This document shows positions 57,246 through 64,000 of a stretch of DNA of 64,000 nucleotides, in pieces. Below the pieces are notes generated by a model. The model worked only from the letters and a program-made list of their open reading frames with translations, was not told the DNA's origin and did no database searches. The translations under genes were made by a program, and so were the position numbers. This DNA comes from Acetobacteraceae bacterium (GTDB lineage Bacteria > Pseudomonadota > Alphaproteobacteria > Acetobacterales > Acetobacteraceae). The DNA is taken from assembly GCA_025352375.1 (NCBI GenBank), contig JANXTL010000028.1, positions 1,125-65,124 of the forward strand. Direction: 5' to 3'. How positions within the stretch are numbered: the stretch's first letter is position 1; every line of letters begins with the position of its first letter.

Positions 57246-57830
57246 ATGTCGATCGGCCAGGAGCTTCTGGACATCCCGTTCGCGGATATGGTGCGCAACC
57301 TCGCCGCCGCGGTCGCCGAGGGGCAGTTGTCGCTGGATCGGGCGTCCATCGAGACGCTGCGCTTCCTCGCCGACGATGCCAACGGCATCGCGATCATCCC
57401 CGAAATCGTCGAGACGATCGTGCCCAGCACGATGTCCACCTCGATCAACGGCGTTGCGACCGACATCGCCACCGTCACCGTCAGGTCGCAACCAGCGGCG
57501 GCGGTAAAAATGTCGCTGCTTCAGGCCGGCATCCTACCCACCTTCTATCAGTTCACCGAGGCCAGCATCGAGGTGAAACTGTCGATTACGATGAAGCGCA
57601 CCGGCGATGCCGAGACGGCAGGCAGGCCCGGCTTCGCAGGCCGCGGCGTGATGGTCCACGGGTCGACCGTAAACTACCGGTCAGCCAATACCTACTCCTA
57701 CACCGCCGAGGGATCGAGCGTGTTGCGCATCACCATGCGTCCGGTACCGCCGCCGGTGCGGCTGCTCCCCGACATCGTCAGCGTCAATGCGACCGTAACG
57801 CCGCCCATCATCAATCGCACGCCGCGCTGA
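57246..57830 (+). CDS. Island protein P3, paralogue family member (194 aa)
   Basis: AAGGAA lies upstream. It starts MSIGQELLDIPF like P1, and shares LLQAGILPTFYQFTE..IEVK and YSYTAEGSSVLRITMRPVPPP blocks. Confidence 0.8.
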   Translation: MSIGQELLDIPFADMVRNLAAAVAEGQLSLDRASIETLRFLADDANGIAIIPEIVETIVPSTMSTSINGVATDIATVTVRSQPAAAVKMSLLQAGILPTFYQFTEASIEVKLSITMKRTGDAETAGRPGFAGRGVMVHGSTVNYRSANTYSYTAEGSSVLRITMRPVPPPVRLLPDIVSVNATVTPPIINRTPR

Positions 57831-57842
57831 GGGACATCGACC

Positions 57843-58217
57843 ATGGCCAACGAAGTCGATTTCTCGGAAATCCTGATCACCCCGGTCGCGACTATGATTC
57901 GCGAAATCGCGGCTGGCGTCGCTGCCGCTCAGCGCGAACTGGACCAGGCCAGCCTGCAATCCCAGGCTGACCTGCACGACAAGTTCCCCGAACTGGAACA
58001 GGCCGGCTACCAGGTGACGTGGTACCAGATTCCCGAGGTGCGGGCCGAGATGCGGATGGCCGTGCATCTGGAGCGGCAAACCCCTCAAAGCCCGCTGCGA
58101 CTATACGCGACGCCGTTCAACGCGAAGTACCGCAACGCCATGAACTTCACCGCCGACGGATCGAGCACGCTGACACTGCGCATCGTACCGGTGCCACCCA
58201 TCACGCCGGTGAAGTGA
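57843..58217 (+). CDS. Island protein P4, short divergent paralogue (124 aa)
   Basis: GAGGGA lies upstream. It retains degenerate versions of all three blocks (…AAGVAAAQRELDQASL…, LEQAGYQVTWYQIPEVRAEMRMAV, FTADGSSTLTLRIVPVPP). Confidence 0.7.
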   Translation: MANEVDFSEILITPVATMIREIAAGVAAAQRELDQASLQSQADLHDKFPELEQAGYQVTWYQIPEVRAEMRMAVHLERQTPQSPLRLYATPFNAKYRNAMNFTADGSSTLTLRIVPVPPITPVK

Positions 58218-58233
58218 GCAGGAGAGCCACACC

Positions 58234-58740
58234 ATGCCGATCAGCATAAATTTCAACCCTGGCAAGATCAGCGACGTGCAACTGCGCGATCCCGTGTTCG
58301 TGAAGACGCAATTCGACACGGCCGTCCGCGCGGTCGCCGAACGCGATCAGGAGTTGGTCCTGGTCAATGCGCGCCAATTGGCTGCTGCCACCGAATTGCT
58401 AACGGTGAAGCAGGCGCTCGCTACGGAATCCTTGCGCGCTGCGGGTCTGGAAGATCAGATCAAAAGGTTTCAGACCGACGCCCCGAAGATCGCCATCCAG
58501 GAGTTGGTCACCCAGTTCAAGTCCGACGTCGACAAGATCAACCGCGATGTGCTTGCCAACCCGACGCTTGCGGGAATGCTGGTCGACAGCGTCGAGGTGG
58601 AGGTCAAGGGCGGCATCGACGTGTCTCAAGGCGTGCGGTTCTCGCAACTGCCGCATGGCGAGCTAACCGGCGCCAGCGCCAGCACCTTCCGCTTTAACCT
58701 CAAGCCAAGTGCGGTGGTGCGGATCGTCGACGATCCGTAG
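58234..58740 (+). CDS. Island protein P5, coiled-coil protein with a C-terminal module related to P1/P3/P4 (168 aa)
   Basis: AGGAGA lies upstream. The central heptad-like helix spans about residues 30-110. The C-terminal VDSVEVEVKGGI ... STFRFNLKPSAVV echoes the IEVK and LR.T.KP blocks of the paralogues. Confidence 0.7.
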   Translation: MPISINFNPGKISDVQLRDPVFVKTQFDTAVRAVAERDQELVLVNARQLAAATELLTVKQALATESLRAAGLEDQIKRFQTDAPKIAIQELVTQFKSDVDKINRDVLANPTLAGMLVDSVEVEVKGGIDVSQGVRFSQLPHGELTGASASTFRFNLKPSAVVRIVDDP

Positions 58741-58836
58741 CGCCAGAGCAAACACCGTCCGAAAATTTAACGAAATGCGATCGTTGGCATACCGGATCGC
58801 AATCGTCGGAGGGTCGTGCCAATGATCGATGACGTC

Positions 58837-59577
58837 CCATGCCCGGTTATGTTGAACCCGGCGATCACCCCGCACAGGTCGAAGTGGCTGTCCCCGTCCA
58901 CCGGTATCCGGGCCGTCGATGACTGCGTGGAGGGGTTTTGTTCATTGGAAGCCAACCCCTACGCCGATGCCCCGGCATTGCGCGGGCTAGAGCGTGATCG
59001 CCTGAGGTTGACTTCAACCTCGGGCGTGAATCACCCTCTCAAACAAAGGCTTAGACCATGATCCAATGCCGAGATCGCGTGCGACCTCAAACGATCATGG
59101 TCTAACGCTGCTGACGCGCGGGCTGGCGACGGTGAAGGCCGATCCGTCGAACATACAAGCGCGGCTGGATTGCCAGATCGGGTCGTGGCTCTCGATGGGG
59201 CCGCTGGCGAGCGGCGTTCCCATGGGGGCCAGCCACACGGCATAGGCTTCGTGCTCGGCGCCGTGCACGACATCCCGCACGGGCACACGTCGTGCATCGT
59301 GCTGCCGGCGGTGATGCGGTGGAACAAATCCGCGAATGCCAACCGGCAGGCGGAGGTCGCCGCCGCCATGGGGCACCCGGGGGAGGAAGCCGGCGACGTG
59401 CTGGACGCGTTCATCGGCGGGCTGGGGATGCCTCGGAGCTTGTCGGCTGTTGGCGTGGGCGAGGGCGCGTTTGGGCGGATCTCCGAGCAGGCGATGGGGA
59501 CGCCCTGGATCCCGCGCAATCCGCGGAAGATCGCGGGGCCGGCGGAGGTTCGGGAGATTCTGAGGTTGGCGGGTTAG
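58837..59577 (+). pseudogene. Displaced, decayed 3' portion of the Fe-ADH/maleylacetate reductase-like gene (copy B)
   Basis: It is collinear with 53514-54137 and lacks the 5' ~60% of the gene. It is split by the 113-bp MITE. A 2-nt insertion (AC, about 59237) creates an in-frame TAG at 59243-59245. The last 97 nt are identical to copy A. Confidence 0.9.
58990..59102. mobile_element. 113-bp MITE, copy 2 (opposite orientation to copy 1), with TA target-site duplication
   Basis: It is flanked by TA at 58988-89 and 59103-04. The empty site GGGC-TA-ACGCTG is preserved in the intact paralogue at about 53666-53677. Confidence 0.9.
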
Positions 59578-60608
59578 GGCGGCGACAACCGGCTGCTCGC
59601 CCAGTCCGCGGCCTCGGCGACCACCAGGTCGGGATCGGTGGTTAACTGCCGAGCGACCGGGAGCAGCGAGGGGTCGGCGGAATTGCCGATGGCGATCAGG
59701 ACGTTGCGCACGAAGCGGTTGCGGCCGATGCGTTTGATGGGGGAGCCGGTGAATGTCCGGCGGAAGGAGGCGTCGTCCAGGGTGGCCAGTTCTTGCAGCC
59801 TTGGCGCCGTCAGGTCATCCCGCGGTCGCAGCTTTTCGTGCGGTGTGGGTTTCGCAAAACGATTCCACGGGCACACCGCGAGGCAGTCGTCGCAACCGTA
59901 GATGCGGTTGCCCATCAGGGGGCGCAGGTCCAGTGGGATCGGCCCCTGGTGCTCGATGGTTAGGTAGGAAATGCAGCGGGTCGCGTCCAGCCGATATGGG
60001 GCCGGAAAGGCGTCGGTGGGGCAGATTTTTAGGCATCGTGTGCAGGTGCCGCAGCGGTCCTGGTGCGGGGTGTCGGGGGTCAGTTCCAGCGTGGTATAAA
60101 TTTCGCCAAGAAATAACCACGACCCGTGCGTTCGGGAAACCAAATTGGTGTGCTTGCCCTGCCAGCCGAGCCCGGCTTTCTCCGCCAGCGGTTTTTCCAT
60201 CACTGGCGCGGTGTCGACGAAGACTTTGACCGCTGGCCCGAAGCGCGAGACCACGAATTGGGCGAGGTGCTTCAGCTTGCCTTTCACCAAATCGTGGTAG
60301 TCGCGGTTGCGGGCGTAGACCGAGACGGTGCCTCGGTCGGGTTGGCTTAGCGACGCCAAGGGGTCGTCGGACGGCGCGTAGGACAGGCCGAGGGCGATGA
60401 CACTCTTAGCCTCCGCCCACAACGCTTTGGGGTGGGATCGTTGCTCGGCGCGGTCGGCGAGCCAGCCCATGTCGCCGTGCTGCCCGGCGGCGAGGAAGGC
60501 GCCGAGCCGGGTGCGGGCCTCGGGGGCGAGGTCGGCGGTGGCGAAGCCGATGGCGTCGAAGCCTAGGGAGAGGGCCTTGTCGCGGATCAGGGGGCGGGGG
60601 TCGGTCAT
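59574..60608 (-). CDS. queG: Epoxyqueuosine reductase
   Basis: From [22 protein letters not shown]... It has two 4Fe-4S motifs ([21 protein letters not shown]) and a HEAT-like C-terminus. Its stop overlaps the pseudogene stop (TTAG). Confidence 0.9.
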   Translation of the reverse strand: MTDPRPLIRDKALSLGFDAIGFATADLAPEARTRLGAFLAAGQHGDMGWLADRAEQRSHPKALWAEAKSVIALGLSYAPSDDPLASLSQPDRGTVSVYARNRDYHDLVKGKLKHLAQFVVSRFGPAVKVFVDTAPVMEKPLAEKAGLGWQGKHTNLVSRTHGSWLFLGEIYTTLELTPDTPHQDRCGTCTRCLKICPTDAFPAPYRLDATRCISYLTIEHQGPIPLDLRPLMGNRIYGCDDCLAVCPWNRFAKPTPHEKLRPRDDLTAPRLQELATLDDASFRRTFTGSPIKRIGRNRFVRNVLIAIGNSADPSLLPVARQLTTDPDLVVAEAADWASSRLSPP

Positions 60609-60785
60609 GCGGGGGGTGTTGTCGCATTGGGGACGGGGTAGGTCGAGGTAGTGGCCGAGGACGAACCGCGTTCCACCCAACCCTTGCCACGGTGCCGAGC
60701 GGTATGGGAATGAGTGCGGGACAACCTGCGTTGATCTGTTATGTTCTCTGCATGTTCTTCACCTGGACCCACGAGGATGATGCGG

Positions 60786-61541
60786 ATGTCGAAGATCGAG
60801 TGGACGGACGTTACATGGAACCCTGTCGCCGGCTGTACGGTGGCGACCGCGGGCTGCACGAACTGCTATGCCATGCGGATGGCCGCTCGGCTCGAGGCGA
60901 TGGGCACCGCGAAGTATCAGGGCTTAACCCGAAAGAGCGGCGAACGATACGTCTGGACGGGCACAGTCGTGCAGGACGAGAAAGCGCTTGCTGCACCGCT
61001 AGCTTGGCGTAAGCCGCGCACGGTGTTCGTCAACAGTATGTCCGACCTCTTCCACCCGTCGGTGGAGCTGGAGTTCATCGCCAAAGTCTGGGAAGTCATG
61101 AAGGCGACCCCACACCACACCTACCAGATACTGACGAAGCGTCCAGAGCGGATGCGCGAGGTTCTGTCGCGTTCGGATTTTCATGTTCTGCCGAACGTGT
61201 GGATCGGCACCAGCGTCGAGGACAGTGCGGTCCTCGATCGTATCGACGAACTACGTCGTACACCAGCCGCAGTCCGATTCGTTTCCTTCGAGCCGTTGAT
61301 TGGCAGCATCGCGGGCGCCGACTTGCAGAACATTGACTGGGCGATCATCGGCGGAGAGAGTGGACCAAGATCGCGCATAATGCTGCCCGAATGGGTGTCA
61401 GAGATTGAGGAGCTATGCCGCGGCGTTGGCGCAGCCTTCTTCTTCAAGCAGTGGGGCGGCCGTAACAAGAAAGCCGCGGGCCGCACATTAAACGGCCGTA
61501 TCTATGATGAAATGCCTACCTCCCAGCGTATTTCTTTATGA
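60786..61541 (+). CDS. DUF5131 (phage Gp37/Gp68) family three-Cys-motif protein
   Basis: MSKIEWTDVTWNPVAGCTVATAGCTNCYA has the motif C17-x6-C24-x2-C27. The family-typical SMSDLFH and WAIIGGESGP blocks are present. GC is visibly lower than in the flanks. Confidence 0.85.
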   Translation: MSKIEWTDVTWNPVAGCTVATAGCTNCYAMRMAARLEAMGTAKYQGLTRKSGERYVWTGTVVQDEKALAAPLAWRKPRTVFVNSMSDLFHPSVELEFIAKVWEVMKATPHHTYQILTKRPERMREVLSRSDFHVLPNVWIGTSVEDSAVLDRIDELRRTPAAVRFVSFEPLIGSIAGADLQNIDWAIIGGESGPRSRIMLPEWVSEIEELCRGVGAAFFFKQWGGRNKKAAGRTLNGRIYDEMPTSQRISL

Positions 61542-62454
61542 CGGAAGTTACCCCCTTCTTGATGAGGGCAATTGCCTTTACGCTTGCGCTATTCGACATG
61601 CAGAACAGCGAGAAAATCTTCGAGGTCCGATCGTTCAGCAGCGGCAGCGGATCCGAAACGTACGAAAATATCGTCTTCAGCCGATCCTGCGCGTAACACT
61701 CGATTTGATCGACGTTAAATCTCTTGCTGCCTGTAGTGACGGGCTGATCGAACAGCCCCCCCTGGACAAGACGGACATTATAAATGTCGGTGCGCCAAGC
61801 GGTCGAGCCAAAAACTTCGTCGAGCGCGTGCTGCTTGTTCTCGTCGACCTTCGCGAAGTCGCCCGCCAGCTGTCGGTTCACGGCGCTTGTCGGGAAAAGA
61901 TACCAAACGTCCACAGCGCGGGTCTCCGCTAGCAGGTTCAACGTTTCCCACTTCACAGACATTCCAAATGGATCGAGGAAGACAATTGCACGATGCGAGC
62001 CGCGTCCATCGCGCTGCTTGGACCATGGCGGTTCGCCGAATATTTCCCTCAGCTTGGCGTTTGCTTCACCACGGAACGGTCTGATATTCCGGTTTGGGTG
62101 TGCTGCCGCGATCTCTTCCAAACGACGAAACCGGTCTCGGTTTTCCTCGACGAAGACGAGGCGTTTGAAATGTGGATCGACGTCAAGTGCGCGCAGCACC
62201 GACCCAGCAAGATCGACCGTCTCTTCCCCCAAGGGCTCACCCTCGAAAAGGCCACCGGTGGCGCGATCGATACGGCGGGACCCGCTACCCGCAAACGCAT
62301 CTATGTACCAGAGTTCAAACGGCTGCTGCGGTGTTGGCTTGTTCTTCAGAGCCCCCGTGTAGAATTTGAGATAGTCGTGGACAGCATCGAGCTTGACCTC
62401 GGTCCAAGCACCTCCGAACCGATGCCCCTGATCTGAATCTGCTGACCTTGCCAT
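61516..62454 (-). CDS. tcmP: Three-Cys-motif partner protein TcmP
   Basis: From MARSADSDQGHRFGGAWTEVKLDAVHDYLKFY... with YIDAFAGSG, FLDPFG and WYLFP blocks, as in TIGR-defined TcmP (recollection). It is convergent with the DUF5131 gene and overlaps it by 26 nt. Confidence 0.8.
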   Translation of the reverse strand: MARSADSDQGHRFGGAWTEVKLDAVHDYLKFYTGALKNKPTPQQPFELWYIDAFAGSGSRRIDRATGGLFEGEPLGEETVDLAGSVLRALDVDPHFKRLVFVEENRDRFRRLEEIAAAHPNRNIRPFRGEANAKLREIFGEPPWSKQRDGRGSHRAIVFLDPFGMSVKWETLNLLAETRAVDVWYLFPTSAVNRQLAGDFAKVDENKQHALDEVFGSTAWRTDIYNVRLVQGGLFDQPVTTGSKRFNVDQIECYAQDRLKTIFSYVSDPLPLLNDRTSKIFSLFCMSNSASVKAIALIKKGVTSVIKKYAGR

Positions 62455-62703
62455 GTGTTTATCACTCTGCTTTTGAGCATCTGCGGTTTGGATGCATCGT
62501 TCGACGGTCGGACAAGGACCGCTGCACCTTATGTCCCGTTTCGATAGCATAGCGCGAATAGTTTTTCAACCATCGGTAGCATGAAGCGCCCGGACAGCCA
62601 AAGGTCCGATCAAACACCCAGCCCGTCCCCCTCCCGCTTGTTGCCTCCGGCAAGCGAACGTCGAATACTGCGTCCCGCGACCAACACCAATGGAGGAAGA
62701 CCC

Positions 62704-63462
62704 ATGTCGTTCTACCGAGGCATGACCTGTTCGAACGTCACCATCGCCGGTCACGGCGGTTCCAAGATCGATGCTTACGTGGCCAAACCCGAAGGCAAAG
62801 GCCCCTTCCCCGGCGTGGTGCTGATCCACCATTTGCCGGGCTGGAGCGAGCTGTACATCGAAACTACCCGCCGCTTCGCCCACCACGGCTACATGGCCAT
62901 CTGCGCCAACCTGTATCAGCGCGAGGGCGGCGGCAGCGACGGCAACCCCGACGACGTGGCCGCCGCCGTGCGCGCCGAGGGCGGCGTCTCCGACGCTCAG
63001 ATGGTCGGCGATACCGAGGCCGCTGTGAAATGGATGCGCGCGCAGACCGATCACAACGGCAAGGTCGGGCTGATCGGATCGTGCTCCGGCGGGCGGCACG
63101 CGTTCATCTACGGGTGCCAGAAGCACGACGTCGATGCGATCGTTGAGCAGTGGGGCGGCGGCGTGGTCATGGGTCCGGCAGACCTGAACGACAAAAAGCC
63201 AGTCGCCCCGATCGACATGACGGCCGGGCTTGCGTGCCCGCTGCTCGGCCTGTTCGGCAACGACGACCGCGCGCCGAGCCCCGAGCAGGTGGATCAGCAT
63301 GAGGCCGCGCTGAAGAAGGCCGGCAAGACGTATGAGTTCCACCGTTACGACGGCGCCGGCCACGGCTTCTTCTACTGGCACCGCCCACTGTACCGGCCGG
63401 AGCAAGCAATGGACGGCTGGAACAAAATCTGGGCGTTCTTCGGCAAGTATCTGGCGAAGTAA
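62704..63462 (+). CDS. Dienelactone hydrolase family protein
   Basis: ATG follows GGAGGAAG. The nucleophile motif G-S-C-S-G-G is present, with C-terminal ...YDGAGHGF. Confidence 0.85.
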   Translation: MSFYRGMTCSNVTIAGHGGSKIDAYVAKPEGKGPFPGVVLIHHLPGWSELYIETTRRFAHHGYMAICANLYQREGGGSDGNPDDVAAAVRAEGGVSDAQMVGDTEAAVKWMRAQTDHNGKVGLIGSCSGGRHAFIYGCQKHDVDAIVEQWGGGVVMGPADLNDKKPVAPIDMTAGLACPLLGLFGNDDRAPSPEQVDQHEAALKKAGKTYEFHRYDGAGHGFFYWHRPLYRPEQAMDGWNKIWAFFGKYLAK

Positions 63463-63474
63463 GGAGGCGGAACC

Positions 63475-63780
63475 ATGTGCACGTCGATCGTCGAGATCGT
63501 GCGCGCCGAGGGCATGGCGAAACGCGGGGACCAATGGTTCCCGCTAACGCAGTCGGTGGTGGCCTACGACCACGCCCGCCATGCGCCATTGGGCGACGTG
63601 ATTACCCTCGATTTCTTCAACACCGGAATGGGTGCTGGGGCTCGGGCGGCGGTGGAGCTGACGCTGGAAACGGCGAAAGAACTGCGTGCGGCGCTGGACC
63701 GCGCGATCGCCGCGGCCGAGTACGAGGAGGCGGAGGTACGAGGGAAGCCTAAGGTGGTGAAGCTGGTTCGGGCGGCTTGA
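63475..63780 (+). CDS. Hypothetical protein (101 aa)
   Basis: AAGGAGG lies upstream and GC3 is high. No recognised family. Confidence 0.5.
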   Translation: MCTSIVEIVRAEGMAKRGDQWFPLTQSVVAYDHARHAPLGDVITLDFFNTGMGAGARAAVELTLETAKELRAALDRAIAAAEYEEAEVRGKPKVVKLVRAA

Positions 63781-63829
63781 GGGGCGAGGCGTCCCGAGTG
63801 CCCGGGGTATCCTTACGGTACCGTCATGG

Positions 63830-63856
63830 CAATCCTCGGGCATGACCCGAGGATTG
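63830..63856. other. Perfect 11-bp stem / 5-nt loop hairpin (CAATCCTCGGG-catga-CCCGAGGATTG)
   Basis: Seen directly in the sequence. There is no U-tract, so the terminator role is uncertain. It precedes an abrupt AT-rich stretch at 63890-63950. Confidence 0.5.
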
Positions 63857-64000
63857 ACCCGGCCATCATTGGCGGTGCCATGATCGGTCAATGAGTGGAT
63901 TCTAATCTATTAACATAACTTCATAAATATAACGGGATGAATGAAGCCCTGGCCAGGAACATGAGACCAACCCCCATGCCCTGGCCAGTTTCGCGATCAG

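Noticed and set aside
54140-58836. Integrase, transposase, tRNA or short att-type repeats that would define the island as a classical integrative element
   Set aside because: All six frames were read and none has recombinase-like motifs. The only boundary repeat is the 0.6-kb gene-fragment duplication, so no mobile_element call is made for the island as a whole.
59574-62454. Functional link between queG (queuosine pathway, Fe-S/B12 enzyme) and the adjacent DUF5131/TcmP pair
   Set aside because: There is adjacency only. The genes are in separate transcription units, have different GC content, and the pair looks inserted. Nothing in the sequence supports a shared pathway.

Overview
This is a high-GC (about 65% by eye) alphaproteobacterial chromosomal segment. 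The order hdaA / AI-2E permease / CDP-alcohol phosphatidyltransferase / purM-purN suggests Rhodospirillales or Acetobacteraceae, but that is inference only. All calls rest on reading the translations and the DNA; no database search was possible, and identities are by-eye counts.

Most of the window is core genome:
- DNA repair and housekeeping: uvrB, uvrC, an SDR + folB pair, ndk, ispB, fumC, queG, tRNA-Val(GAC).
- Transport: a TetR + DevBCA-like exporter, and two Liv-type ABC uptake systems, one linked to a racemase and hydantoinase A/B.
- Other: lutB-lutC, a 1078-aa autotransporter, tamA-tamB.

Four accessory patches stand out:
1. 0.4-1.75 kb: an XRE regulator plus phage-like small genes.
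2. 34.9-36.3 kb: a lower-GC patch sitting where lutA would be expected, ending in a GxxExxY-protein fragment.
3. 54.1-58.8 kb: an approximately 4.7-kb insert bracketed by a direct duplication of the 3' part of an Fe-ADH/maleylacetate-reductase-like gene.
4. 60.8-62.5 kb: a lower-GC DUF5131 (Gp37/Gp68) / TcmP gene pair.

Patch 3 is the best candidate for an undescribed system. It is a compact six-gene operon behind an AT-rich promoter region. It encodes three clear paralogues (230, 194 and 124 aa) of an uncharacterised protein type, a related coiled-coil protein, a proline-rich protein with a 2 x 144-bp repeat and a degenerate glycoside-hydrolase-like C-terminal domain, and a 129-aa orphan. No integrase, transposase or recognisable enzyme is present.

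Other notable items:
- A 113-bp MITE with TA target duplications is present twice. One copy sits exactly in the shared TA of two overlapping convergent stop codons. The other splits the pseudogene copy, and the empty site is preserved in the intact paralogue.
- A promoter-to-terminator candidate sRNA with a CCUCCC motif lies at 43.8 kb.
- A palindromic pair of DnaA boxes lies in an AT-rich spacer upstream of uvrC.
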